Assembly: GCA_027310735.1 (NCBI GenBank)
Contig: DAIDAH010000001.1
Location: 1 to 37,894, forward strand
Reading direction: 5' to 3'
Origin: Methylotenera sp.
Lineage (GTDB): Bacteria; Pseudomonadota; Gammaproteobacteria; Burkholderiales; Methylophilaceae
DNA: 37,894 bases
Shown here piece after piece: positions 9,828-19,608 of this stretch. Position numbers and translations under genes: made by a program. Within the stretch, counting starts at the first letter, position 1; the number at the start of each line of letters is the position of its first letter. The notes beneath the pieces were generated by a model. It did no database searches, was not told where the DNA came from, and saw only the letters and a list, made by a program, of their open reading frames with translations.

Positions 9828-12008
9828 TTACTCTTCCTGAGAGGGCGCTTTGAAGCCGCCGAATCCATAGTGATCAAGCCCTTCCAGAATGCCTGCTGCA
9901 TAATGGTGTTGTGCAAAATACACTTGCTCATGTCCACGTAAAAATTCTAGCTCAGAACTGTGATTACCAACGACAACAGCCAGCGTATCTCCAACCAGCA
10001 TTTCACTGTCATTTCCAGAATCACCTGCCACTAAAAAACTTTTCAACGGAAGCCCCCATTTATAAGCAAGATAGCGAATTGCATGTCCTTTTGAGGCGCG
10101 TATTGGCAATATATCGAGAAATTCGTTGTGAGAGTATATGAGCTGGGCATGTAGTTTCAGTTCATGCAAGTGGTGATAAATATCCTCCACAGGAGGCATT
10201 TGATCTGGGGTTGCAATATAACTCAACTTGAATTCACGCTGATTTTCCTGAGCTTGCAATACAAGACCAGGAATATTAATCATAGCCTTTGCCAAGTCAT
10301 CACGGCGCCATAAATGACGGATATGGTTTGGCCAACCTAAATCTGGGGTAAGTTCTAGTCCGTAATTAATTTCGCTACCTACGGAGGTAATAAAAATATC
10401 GGGTAGCGGCACGCGATGCTTTTTAAGCATACTCACAGCACTTTCCAATGAACGTCCAGTTGCAACGCCAAAGCCTATCATGCCGGCATTATTGCGCAGC
10501 CAAGGAATTAATTCCGCCAAGCCTTTTTTGTCACCGATTAGCGTATTGTCAATATCACTAATCAGCATCATTTTAACCAGCGGCATAGGCGACTTACCTG
10601 CATTAAGCGCCATGGCATGTTGACGGCGCATGCGCTTACGATCCCGACGCAGTAACTGACCAACTTCTTTCATGTATTTTTCAACATGCGCATCCCAGCT
10701 ATAGTGATGCTTAACGTTGATGATGCCATTCTTGGCCCAAGTCCGCCACTGCTTCCTATCTGACAACCCCTGACTCATAGCTGCAGCTATCGCGGTACTC
10801 TCCAAGGTATTTGCTAATAAGCCATTATGGCAATTAGCCAGAATATCCCGTGGCCCACCATCGTCTGGAGCAACGAATGGTAAGCCGCTCGCAGCCGCCT
10901 CAATCAGTGTCAAGCCAAATGGTTCTGTCATTGCAGGATTAACAAACAAGCCATGTCGGTGAGCCGCTAACCTATACAATTCAGGCAAATCTTCCTGAGT
11001 AATATGTTTAGGAATCGCTACCTTTCCCCATAAATCATAACGGTCTATATCAAGCAAAATGTCATTCATCACAGCCTGCTGCGACTCTTCCAGATCACGA
11101 ATATCCTCGCGAACACCAGCAACAATGACTAGGTTCGCCTTCTCTTGCAACTGAGTATCCTCACCGTATGCTGCAATGAGTCCTTTTAGGTTTTTTCGTA
11201 ATACTGGGCGTGAAATTGACAGGATGATTGGTTTTTCTGGCTGATGTAGAAATCGATCTATTCTAGCCTGCAACTGAGGATTTATTTTTTTACGTCCCAG
11301 TGGCGAGAAGCGTGAAGTATCCGTACCTGGTGGAATCACACTACAGTTTTTTGCAGAGTGACTCTGATACATACCATATTGCTCATCAATCTCCTGACGA
11401 GTACTAGTCACGACCATAGAGGCATGCTGAATAACCTCCTCCTCCACCGCAATACGGCGCCCGAAATTAAACTGGCGCTCAATAGCACTTTCTTTTCGTC
11501 CACTTGCCAGCAAACGAGACTGCTTGGGGCGTCCAAGTGAATGTCCTGTATGAATCAAAGGAATACCAAGTAAGGTGGAAAGCTGCTTTCCAACATATCC
11601 GGCATCGGCATAGTGAGAATGAATTAAGTCAGGGAGTCGGCCTTGCTGACGCAGAAAGTGCAAACTTTTGTCTACCATCTGATCAAGATGTGGCCACAAC
11701 ATCTCCTTACGAATATACTTTTTGGGACCACAAGACAATCGAATAATACGCGCACCCTCGCCAAAACTCTCCTCAGGTTGTGCATAATCAGAAGACAGGG
11801 ATGGATCATCAATCAATCTTGTCAGCAAATCAACCTTACCAACCGCATGATGTTTAGCCAAGGCCTTAGCAAGCTCTACGACATACGTGGTTTGACCTCC
11901 CGTATCAGCATCGCGACCAAGCTCCATATCGTGTGACCGAATCAAGCCGTGTACGCTAATCATCAAAATATAAAGGGACTGATCCCTATTACTTACTTGA
12001 CTATTCAT
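9828..12008 (-). CDS. sps: Sucrose-phosphate synthase with C-terminal SPP-like HAD domain
   Basis: ISVHGLIR...ELGRDADTGGQ..YV, HSHYADAG and EPFGLTLIEAA (GT4 SPS motifs); C-terminal SDIDNTL and VAGDSGND HAD motifs. Confidence 0.95.
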   Translation of the reverse strand: MNSQVSNRDQSLYILMISVHGLIRSHDMELGRDADTGGQTTYVVELAKALAKHHAVGKVDLLTRLIDDPSLSSDYAQPEESFGEGARIIRLSCGPKKYIRKEMLWPHLDQMVDKSLHFLRQQGRLPDLIHSHYADAGYVGKQLSTLLGIPLIHTGHSLGRPKQSRLLASGRKESAIERQFNFGRRIAVEEEVIQHASMVVTSTRQEIDEQYGMYQSHSAKNCSVIPPGTDTSRFSPLGRKKINPQLQARIDRFLHQPEKPIILSISRPVLRKNLKGLIAAYGEDTQLQEKANLVIVAGVREDIRDLEESQQAVMNDILLDIDRYDLWGKVAIPKHITQEDLPELYRLAAHRHGLFVNPAMTEPFGLTLIEAAASGLPFVAPDDGGPRDILANCHNGLLANTLESTAIAAAMSQGLSDRKQWRTWAKNGIINVKHHYSWDAHVEKYMKEVGQLLRRDRKRMRRQHAMALNAGKSPMPLVKMMLISDIDNTLIGDKKGLAELIPWLRNNAGMIGFGVATGRSLESAVSMLKKHRVPLPDIFITSVGSEINYGLELTPDLGWPNHIRHLWRRDDLAKAMINIPGLVLQAQENQREFKLSYIATPDQMPPVEDIYHHLHELKLHAQLIYSHNEFLDILPIRASKGHAIRYLAYKWGLPLKSFLVAGDSGNDSEMLVGDTLAVVVGNHSSELEFLRGHEQVYFAQHHYAAGILEGLDHYGFGGFKAPSQEE

Positions 12009-12958
12009 AACGTTTGATCCTCAAAAAATGGTACGTAGAAATCACGATTCTGGGGCATAGCACCTCTGACTCCACAAAGCGCAGCAGCAAAGGCATTGGC
12101 TCTATCCAACATAACATCTGCATCCCAATTACCTAGAATACCCAAGATGCAAACTGCAGCAAAACCATCCCCGGCACCTACAGTATCGACTAGACCTCCA
12201 TGCAAAGCTTTGCCAGAAGATCTTGTTTCCACACCATCTCTGGATAACATCCATGCCCCATTAGCACCACATGTGACTAAGAGACAATCCAGATTAAACA
12301 TTTCAATCAAGTGTAATCCATAATCTCGCAAACCAGAACCTGCGAGTCGAAACAAACCTGCGATTACCTGAAGCTCTTCTTCATTGAGCTTCACAATATT
12401 AGCTCTTAACAACGAGCGCTTAATGATGTGCTTGTCATACCAAGGATCACGCAAATTAATATCAAGAAATCGTGGGCTTTTTGTTTCACTTAAAAACATA
12501 TCTAAAGCAAGACGCGACTCCAGACTCCTTTGCGCCAATGTTCCAAAGTAAACCATGCTTGGATGTGTAGCCATCGTAATTAAATGGACAACGCCTGCGT
12601 GAATGTGGTCATATGCCTGATCCGGAAGAATTTCAAAACGATGGCCACTTTCATCCAGATGAACAATGACTTGACCTGTCGGATGAATTTGATCGCACTG
12701 CACTCCAGAGTCATCCATGCCCAAACGCGTCATTTCAGCAAGAAATGCTTCACGTAGCGAATCATTTCCAGTTCTGGTTACCAGCACAGGATGCTGACCA
12801 AAGACCTGAAGGTGGCGCGCAACATTGTATGGCGCGCCGCCAAGCACTGATCTATCAGGGAATATGTCGGCTAACACCTCACCAAATAATGCAATCGTAC
12901 TCTTGTCTACTTCTTGATTTGTGGACGAATCTCTCGTGCAGTCTGTCTTATCAATCAA
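12005..12958 (-). CDS. PfkB family carbohydrate kinase, probable fructokinase
   Basis: GGAPYNVA, DINLR and DTVGAGDGF motifs; TTG start after AGGAGG; ATGA overlap with sps. Confidence 0.88.
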   Translation of the reverse strand: MIDKTDCTRDSSTNQEVDKSTIALFGEVLADIFPDRSVLGGAPYNVARHLQVFGQHPVLVTRTGNDSLREAFLAEMTRLGMDDSGVQCDQIHPTGQVIVHLDESGHRFEILPDQAYDHIHAGVVHLITMATHPSMVYFGTLAQRSLESRLALDMFLSETKSPRFLDINLRDPWYDKHIIKRSLLRANIVKLNEEELQVIAGLFRLAGSGLRDYGLHLIEMFNLDCLLVTCGANGAWMLSRDGVETRSSGKALHGGLVDTVGAGDGFAAVCILGILGNWDADVMLDRANAFAAALCGVRGAMPQNRDFYVPFFEDQTL

Positions 12959-13003
12959 ACGACACCTCCTATCAAATATTTAAAGTGGTGGACTCCATAG
13001 AAG

Positions 13004-13897
13004 TTAACCACGTATTGACTTGCGACCGTTGCCAAGCTCAATCCAACGCTTGACTTTCACCGCATCTACAATGCGAGAACGCACACCCCATGAGTCTAAA
13101 AGAATAATGATAGTAGGCTGATTCCCAATCGTTGCCTGCATCACCAAACATTTTCCTGAGTTACTAATATAACCAGTCTTGGACAAACCGATTTTCCAAC
13201 CTTTACGCTTAACCAGCCTGTTAGTATTTCGAAAGGTTATTTCCTGAGTTTTGTCATTGACCCTATGTGAAACTGATGTCGTCATCTGACGAATAAGCTT
13301 ATATCTATAAGCGGCATTCACCATAATGGCAATATCTCTAGCTGTTGATACATTACGCGCATCTAATCCAGTAGGTCCATAGAAGACGGTGTTTTTCATC
13401 CCCAACCTCGTCGCAGCACGATTCATTGCCTCAACAAAACTATTGGTACCTCCCTGATAACTTCTCGCTAGAGCAAATGCAGCTCTATTTTCAGAGGCCA
13501 TCAGCGCCAGTTTCAACATTTCATGTCGAGTTAGTGTAACACCTACAGGAAGTTTTGATTTTGACCAGCGCTGCCTATCAACATCATCGGAACATATCGT
13601 AATTGGGGTATCTAATGATTGGTGACTATCAAGCACTACCATTGCTGTCATCAGCTTGGTGATTGAGGCAATGGCTTTTTTATCACCGGCATTTTTCTCA
13701 TAAAGAACTTGGTCTGTACCTTGTACCAAGATAATTGCCGAAGAAGACCCAAGCACTAATTTTTTTACATGCTTATGTGCTAAGGAAGCATTGGTATGAC
13801 GATGTTTACTGGCATTCTTTGCTGCATCGGCAGTATATGGAAAAATAAATGCGCTAACTGAAACTATTGATATCATTAGCACTTGCCAAATGCGCAT
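13004..13897 (-). CDS. pbpG: D-alanyl-D-alanine endopeptidase, PBP7-like (peptidase S11)
   Basis: Signal peptide; SITK (SxxK), SEN (SxN) and KTG catalytic motifs; PTGL..RNVSTARD. Confidence 0.85.
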   Translation of the reverse strand: MRIWQVLMISIVSVSAFIFPYTADAAKNASKHRHTNASLAHKHVKKLVLGSSSAIILVQGTDQVLYEKNAGDKKAIASITKLMTAMVVLDSHQSLDTPITICSDDVDRQRWSKSKLPVGVTLTRHEMLKLALMASENRAAFALARSYQGGTNSFVEAMNRAATRLGMKNTVFYGPTGLDARNVSTARDIAIMVNAAYRYKLIRQMTTSVSHRVNDKTQEITFRNTNRLVKRKGWKIGLSKTGYISNSGKCLVMQATIGNQPTIIILLDSWGVRSRIVDAVKVKRWIELGNGRKSIRG

Positions 13898-14029
13898 TCA
13901 TTACCCTTAATAGCCTATGGATTTTTAAGAAAAAGTCTTACATTCCGCAGCCTTATGCTACTGATTAATTAAAGATTAATAACCTCACCGTACCAAAGTG
14001 ACTACCGCCCAAACTGATAAGCCTAGCAA

Positions 14030-14176
14030 CTAGTGCATCCACTTCTTACTTGTTGTTACAAGCATATCCTCTTGCAGCAAAGCTACCTGATTCAACTCAT
14101 CAATTATTTGATACAACTGCTCGACGATATAGTCTATTAATGCTTCTCGATAAGCGTCATCATGTAGTTGCCCCAC
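14030..14176 (-). CDS. Possible small acidic helical protein (48 aa)
   Basis: GTG start preceded by AGGAAA; translates as (M)GQLHDDAYREALIDYIVEQLYQIIDELNQVALLQEDMLVTTSKKWMH; below the ORF-track length cut-off. Confidence 0.35.
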   Translation of the reverse strand: MGQLHDDAYREALIDYIVEQLYQIIDELNQVALLQEDMLVTTSKKWMH

Positions 14177-14610
14177 TCATATTTCCTAATCTAAATTAAA
14201 TGATCATGCATACACAACAATGTATTTCAATGCTTGGCATGTTATTGCCATAAACATCACCAACAATATTTAACTTCACAGCCCGCACTACCTACAATAT
14301 GGATTAGGCTACCTACCAACACATACCCCTAAGCATATCTATATCGCGTGCACCACTATTTGTAATTATACGCACTAAATACATTTGTACAAATTATTTA
14401 ACTACAAATATATTGTGTATGTGATATAAAAAAATACGCATTGATATTATTACTGTAATAAACAACTGGTCTACTTAGCATCATAAAATGACAACTAGAA
14501 GAGATAGTGCAATAAAATGTGCGCCAGTATTGAAACCAGTTGCAATGGTGAGTTGAGAATATTTCAGGAAAGTTTAGAACTGAAAATAATGACGTAGCTG
14601 CATCATTACA

Positions 14611-14647
14611 ATAAAAAAAGCCACTCATATAGAATGGCTTATTTATT
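14611..14647. terminator. Probable intrinsic terminator downstream of the DUF347 gene
   Basis: Imperfect inverted repeat AAGCCACTC/GAATGGCTT with an A-tract on the left, which reads as a U-tract on the minus strand. Confidence 0.5.
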
Positions 14648-14741
14648 AACTAAGAACGCAAGAATCAATTTGGCAGATTAACTAGCTAGCCAACCGATGA
14701 GCCCTATCACTCAAATCATTACATTGGGTTGCAGTTTTATA

Positions 14742-15503
14742 TTAATGTCCAGCGCGTGCCCCTGCTCGCTGAGAAAAAAGTAAGATAAAGGCAATAATGA
14801 CTATAGTGAGTGCTATGGATGCAGAGTAGCGACTTAATGCAAGACCGCCTGCAGCTAGCGGTTTGTCGAGAAAATCACCAACTACAGCACCAAGAGGTCT
14901 GGTTAGTATGAATGCGGACCAGAAAAGTGTAGTTTTAGATATCTTTGTCCATAAATGGGCTCCAAGAACAATTAACAATAAACCACTAAAAATAATTGCG
15001 CCGCCACCATAACCAAGTCCGGCTGTGTCCGCAGTCCAATCTCCCAATGCCGTGCCCAATGTCTGAGAGAACATAATAGTTATCCAATAAAACATTTCTG
15101 CTTTCGGCAAGTGCACAGTATTGACTGAAACAGAGCCGAGTGTTTTGTACCAGACAAATAAAGATACCATCAAAAGGGTAAACAACAGTGTAGTTCCTCC
15201 TGTATAACCAACCCCAAGAGATCGATCCGCAAAGTCTGCCAGAGTCGTCCCAACCGTTGTTGTTGCGATAATTGTTGTCCAGTATAGAAACGGATGAAAC
15301 TGCTTAGCCTTGATTTGGGCAATTACCGCAATAATAAAGATCACTGAAAAAATTGCAGTTCCAACAAGGTAGCCTAACTTCATCGACATGGATACCGCAT
15401 CGCCACCAGTTTCACCCAGCGTTGTGGCAAAAATCTTTATGACCCAGAAAATCAAAGTAACCTCTGGAACCTTACTTAAGTGATTACGAACTATATTTTT
15501 CAT
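14742..15503 (-). CDS. COG4705 / DUF347-repeat membrane protein
   Basis: SKVPEVT..FW.IKI.ATTLGET.GD start with repeated TTVGTTLAD, QTLGTALGD and TRPLGA.GD units. Confidence 0.85.
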   Translation of the reverse strand: MKNIVRNHLSKVPEVTLIFWVIKIFATTLGETGGDAVSMSMKLGYLVGTAIFSVIFIIAVIAQIKAKQFHPFLYWTTIIATTTVGTTLADFADRSLGVGYTGGTTLLFTLLMVSLFVWYKTLGSVSVNTVHLPKAEMFYWITIMFSQTLGTALGDWTADTAGLGYGGGAIIFSGLLLIVLGAHLWTKISKTTLFWSAFILTRPLGAVVGDFLDKPLAAGGLALSRYSASIALTIVIIAFILLFSQRAGARAGH

Positions 15504-15760
15504 AGCACGATATTACACTAATTTTTATCATTGGCTTATGACTGACTATGGTTGTAGAGTCTCATCAAAACTTACGAAGTATTGCGCTTTTCTACCTAAA
15601 ATCCTATAGAAACCTGGCTTTATGCGTATTTCATCCGACTAAAAAACAATGTGGTAAATAAGTACCATACCACCAAGAAATTAAATAGCTCTTGATTGGA
15701 ATATGCAATTGGCAATGTGGGCTTAACTCATTCTTATAGCCATGTTTAATATCGGCTCAA

Positions 15761-15776
15761 TACTCATTAAGTAGTA
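15761..15776 (+). promoter_or_regulatory. NarL-type 7-2-7 operator upstream of the PAS-MCP gene
   Basis: TACTCAT-TA-AGTAGTA, close to the NarL consensus TACYYMT-NN-AKRRGTA; TATTTT follows after 37 nt (15814-15819). Confidence 0.65.
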
Positions 15777-15835
15777 TAAGTAATGCAATGATTTTATAGG
15801 ACAATTACTCTAATATTTTAGAAAGTTGATAATTA

Positions 15836-16552
15836 ATGTTACAAAAAAATATTGGCAGCAACGAACCCAAGCAAGACAAAATATACGCTGAATTAATTTC
15901 AGTGAAGAAAAAACTTGAGGACTTAGAGCTTGCTGATTCAGCCATTACTGAAGGCATATGGGTTCTTCACATGGTCAATGGTGATCCTGACCATAAAGAG
16001 AGCACCATAGAATGGTCTAGCCAATTTAGAAGACTTTTAGGATACGAACGAGCGGATGACTTTCCTAACGGATGGGACAGTTGGCTTAAAGCTATCCATG
16101 CTGACGATAAACAACAAGCATTAGACGCCTTTAGCGCCCATTTGAATGACAGTAGCGGTCTCACTCCCTATAACGTTGAGTATAGAATGCAGACTGCAAA
16201 TCGTGGCTATGTATGGTTTCGTGAACGCGCCATTACTGCCCGCAATGATTCCAACTTAGCGCTTCGCTCAGCAGGAGCCATTCGTGACATTAGTGACGAG
16301 AAAACTACCCAAGAATTGCATCAGCTTAATGTTATTCGTAATGAACAGAACATGCGTGAGATCATGAGTGTAGCTGATACTATTAACCAAATCGCGATGC
16401 AAATTAACATACTAGCCATTAATGCAGCAATAGAAGCAGCCCGAGCAGGTGAGGCTGGTCGAGGTTTTGCCGTTGTGGCCAGTGAAGTACGTAAACTGGC
16501 AGAACGTACTACTCAAGCGATGAATGAGATACGTTTGATGGCAAACAAATAG
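15836..16552 (+). CDS. Small soluble PAS-domain chemoreceptor (PAS_3 plus short MCP signalling hairpin)
   Basis: PAS with [10 protein letters not shown]...IHADD...VEYRM...WF; MCP tip [37 protein letters not shown]; no TM segment. Confidence 0.88.
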   Translation: MLQKNIGSNEPKQDKIYAELISVKKKLEDLELADSAITEGIWVLHMVNGDPDHKESTIEWSSQFRRLLGYERADDFPNGWDSWLKAIHADDKQQALDAFSAHLNDSSGLTPYNVEYRMQTANRGYVWFRERAITARNDSNLALRSAGAIRDISDEKTTQELHQLNVIRNEQNMREIMSVADTINQIAMQINILAINAAIEAARAGEAGRGFAVVASEVRKLAERTTQAMNEIRLMANK

Positions 16553-16607
16553 ATGCTCGACTTTAAAAATCTACTTACATTTTGACTCAAAACTCAGAAT
16601 AGTCTCT

Positions 16608-17015
16608 TCAATAAACCACAGATCTAAGCGTAGTAAAAGCTTCCGCTTGAATCAACCATAGGCCGTCAGCTTGCCTCTGCCATTTAGCCGAATACACTCC
16701 AGCAACAAAAACTGTTTTTTTGTCTAATGTGTATTTACCGACCCAATTACCAAGCTCCTCAGCATCTTTTAATAAACTACTTGTATACACTTTTCTGGTT
16801 CGCCTACGGTAAACCGTAATTGGATCATGCAAAAATGTAGCTTGCCAGCGTTGACGTTGCGCTTCAATCCCCTGTGACTGAACGCCACGTCCGGTCAAAA
16901 CATGATAGTCAAAAGTTAAAAATGAACAGATTAAATCCACATCCCGACTTAATATAGCATCGTTGTAGCACTTACGTGCCGACGTGATGTAATTGATGTG
17001 ATCAATACGTTGCAA
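16608..17015 (-). CDS. NTF2/SnoaL-like (DUF4440-like) protein
   Basis: 135 aa with YNDAI..RD, G.W.G and G.YSAKWQRQ.DG.WLI.AE.F patterns; 26 nt downstream of the response regulator; TTG start is uncertain. Confidence 0.7.
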   Translation of the reverse strand: MQRIDHINYITSARKCYNDAILSRDVDLICSFLTFDYHVLTGRGVQSQGIEAQRQRWQATFLHDPITVYRRRTRKVYTSSLLKDAEELGNWVGKYTLDKKTVFVAGVYSAKWQRQADGLWLIQAEAFTTLRSVVY

Positions 17016-17041
17016 ACCTCAAATATCCGCGTGATTTATAG

Positions 17042-17692
17042 TTATTTTTGCCGATGCGCCCATACGGCTGCTTCAAGCCGACTGGTTAGCTTCAGTTTAC
17101 TTAATAAATGTTTAATATGAACTTTTACAGTAGTGTCGCTAATACCCAAGGCACGCGCTATGGTCTTATTATTAAGGCCGTTTGCAAGACATTCAAGAAT
17201 CTCCCGCTCTCGCTCAGTGAGTGCTACATCCTCTTCACTTTTGCTAAGTGTTGGGTGGATTAGCGCATTTTTAAGTATTTCTGTCAGACTTTCATGTAAA
17301 ACAGTTACGCCAAGCATGGCTCTGCTTAAATTATCGCAAAGATCCTCAGGCTCCATATCCTTTAACAAATATCCATCAGCGCCTGCTCGTAAGGCTTCAA
17401 GTAAATCATCCTCTGCATCTGAAACTGTTAACACAATACACTTTGACTCTAACTTCGCATCTTTGATATGAGCAAGTGTTTGCAAGCCATTCATGCCCTT
17501 CATATTTAGATCGATCAAAACAAGGTCTGGCTTCAGTTCCTGAACTAGCAATAAACCTTCAGCACCAGATGCCGCTTCACCTATCACTGAAAATTTTGAA
17601 TCAGCTGAAATCATTTGTATGACGCCTTTTCGAAATAACGCATGGTCATCAATAATAACTACTGTAGTAGGCACTTGCATAAAGTTCTCCAA
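17042..17692 (-). CDS. narL: NarL-family response regulator (REC plus LuxR HTH)
   Basis: IDDHALFRKG, DLNMKGMNG, LTVSD, GADGYLLKDMEPEDL and LTEREREIL...GLNNK.IAR.L.ISDTTVKVHIKHLL.KL are strongly NarL/NarP-like; orthology to nitrate-responsive NarL is not established. Confidence 0.88.
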   Translation of the reverse strand: MENFMQVPTTVVIIDDHALFRKGVIQMISADSKFSVIGEAASGAEGLLLVQELKPDLVLIDLNMKGMNGLQTLAHIKDAKLESKCIVLTVSDAEDDLLEALRAGADGYLLKDMEPEDLCDNLSRAMLGVTVLHESLTEILKNALIHPTLSKSEEDVALTEREREILECLANGLNNKTIARALGISDTTVKVHIKHLLSKLKLTSRLEAAVWAHRQK

Positions 17693-17728
17693 CGTTAAAT
17701 TTTTACTGTTTGAATGACAATGTGATAA

Positions 17729-19558
17729 TTATTTCGGCCGGAATAACAAGCGAACGCGCGTACCGCCAAGGCGTCTAGGAATAACTTCAATAGTGCCTCC
17801 TAGACAATAAGCTCGCTCAGTCATAATAGCCAATCCATAATGATGCGGTTTAGCCTCATCAAAAGAGCAACCTTTACCATCATCATCGATTGTGACAATC
17901 ACATCTCCAGTTGATTGCAGCACAAGCGCAATCGTTACTTTCTCAGCACCTGAGTGACGCACGATATTAGACAAAGCCTCACGCACTACATGCAATAGAT
18001 GAAACTCTTCATTCACGCTTAATCGACATTCCTGCAGTCTATTATCCAGCATGATATTCAAGCTAGATCGTTGTGAAAATTCTTCGATGGCTTCTTCAAG
18101 TACATGATCAAGCCCTCGTATATCCATTTGCACCCTAAACGTGGTGAGTAGCTCTCTTAGCTCGCGATAAGCGTTATCCAGCCCATCTCGCATATCATCA
18201 ACAATTGTTACTGCACCACTTTCAATGAGATTGGAGCCAAAATTTGTTTGCAGGCGTGCCAGTTGAAATTTCATATATGAAAGCGACTGCGCCAAAGAGT
18301 CATGCAACTCTCTAGCAATGACCGCACGCTCCTCAAGCAATGCTACCCGTCGACTTTCTTGCTCTCTAGCCTGAAAACCCATTGAAAGTGCCAGCATTTG
18401 TGCTGTCACTTCAAATAATTGCAACTCAGCACCTTCAAAATAATGATTAGCTTCGGTTTCCAACAGGAGGATCCCCAACCAGCCACTAGGGCTAAGTAAT
18501 GGCACTGTGACACATTGTACACATTCGCCATGAATCAACTTTGTTGTATGACTTACAGCAACAGAGTTTACTGTTTCGTCAAACATACTTTCATCAAAAG
18601 ACAATGGCCAATAGCTTGAAAATAAAGCACGCTGTGCAGAGATGCGCGAACCATTTTCACTAAAAACCAACGCCACATTGCCCACCCCCAAAGTACGCTC
18701 AAGCGAATAAAGCGACTTTTTGATGGTTAATTCACTCAAACCAGAATCGCCAATTAACTTAGCCAGCTTAAACATGAAGTCTTGCGCAAGAATCATTTTC
18801 CGCATTTTTTCTGTGCTGGTGATATTCACCCATTTTGTTTCGACCTGAATGCCTTCTAGCCTTGCAGACAATTCAGCCGTTGATTTTTCCAACATCTCAA
18901 ACTCATCATCATATTGCTGGCTATTCATATTAGAAACTAGATCACTTGGCATCATTGAGAAAACCTTGCCTAACCTAAGAATCAGAATACTCCACGATGT
19001 CAGCATAATGCCAGCTCCAATGCAGAATACGAGAAACAAGCACACTAACTGTAATAATGAAACTACTGACTGCTTAATAACAACATCTTTTTCCGCCGCA
19101 GATATAAACTCATCATAGGCACTTATGACAAGTTGCCCTCGCTCTAGAATAACCTCCTTTGAAAGGCTGTGTACTCGAGCATCAGCAAAGTTATGGTGCG
19201 CTGATTCAAGTTTTTTATAGGCCCTAGCTAAACTCGTATCATTTTGATTCTTAGCCCATATATATGCCGAGTCATCAAAGGCACTCTGGTTCTCATTCAA
19301 GAGATTAAAGTCTGAACTGCTCTCGTTTAAATTATTTTTTAACTTATAAACCTCTAACTTCCAGAGCGATTGATCTTGATATGCATGATGAATAATAGAT
19401 AGATGATCGGGAATATAGTCAAAAAGGAATAATGAACCAGCCTGCATCAATATCACAGACAAAATCATAGATATGACTAAAGTATGCAAGCTTGCATAAA
19501 GTTTGTGTTTCTTTACAAAAACACGTATTAACTTGGAAATACTCAAAATATTTTGCAT
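17729..19558 (-). CDS. NarX/NarQ-like sensor histidine kinase (HisKA_3) with divergent periplasmic domain
   Basis: Two TMs; GAF-like central region with CVQC; H-box EERAVIARELHDSLAQSLSY; AYRELRELLTTFR; REALSNIVRH, DDDGKG and HYGLAIM.ERA. Confidence 0.9.
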   Translation of the reverse strand: MQNILSISKLIRVFVKKHKLYASLHTLVISMILSVILMQAGSLFLFDYIPDHLSIIHHAYQDQSLWKLEVYKLKNNLNESSSDFNLLNENQSAFDDSAYIWAKNQNDTSLARAYKKLESAHHNFADARVHSLSKEVILERGQLVISAYDEFISAAEKDVVIKQSVVSLLQLVCLFLVFCIGAGIMLTSWSILILRLGKVFSMMPSDLVSNMNSQQYDDEFEMLEKSTAELSARLEGIQVETKWVNITSTEKMRKMILAQDFMFKLAKLIGDSGLSELTIKKSLYSLERTLGVGNVALVFSENGSRISAQRALFSSYWPLSFDESMFDETVNSVAVSHTTKLIHGECVQCVTVPLLSPSGWLGILLLETEANHYFEGAELQLFEVTAQMLALSMGFQAREQESRRVALLEERAVIARELHDSLAQSLSYMKFQLARLQTNFGSNLIESGAVTIVDDMRDGLDNAYRELRELLTTFRVQMDIRGLDHVLEEAIEEFSQRSSLNIMLDNRLQECRLSVNEEFHLLHVVREALSNIVRHSGAEKVTIALVLQSTGDVIVTIDDDGKGCSFDEAKPHHYGLAIMTERAYCLGGTIEVIPRRLGGTRVRLLFRPK

Positions 19559-19608
19559 ATTTTATCTAGTTCTTTTTATACTCGTACATTGGCATATTCA
19601 GGTTTAAT

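Noticed and set aside
14236-14251. Sigma-54 promoter TGGCATGTTATTGC
   Set aside because: The GG-to-GC spacing is 9 nt rather than the required 10.
14398-14628. 76-aa ORF in the intergenic gap
   Set aside because: It starts inside a terminator-like hairpin, has atypical composition and has no clear RBS.
17042-19558. True nitrate-sensing NarXL
   Set aside because: No intact P-box with its Arg, and no nitrate reductase genes in the window.
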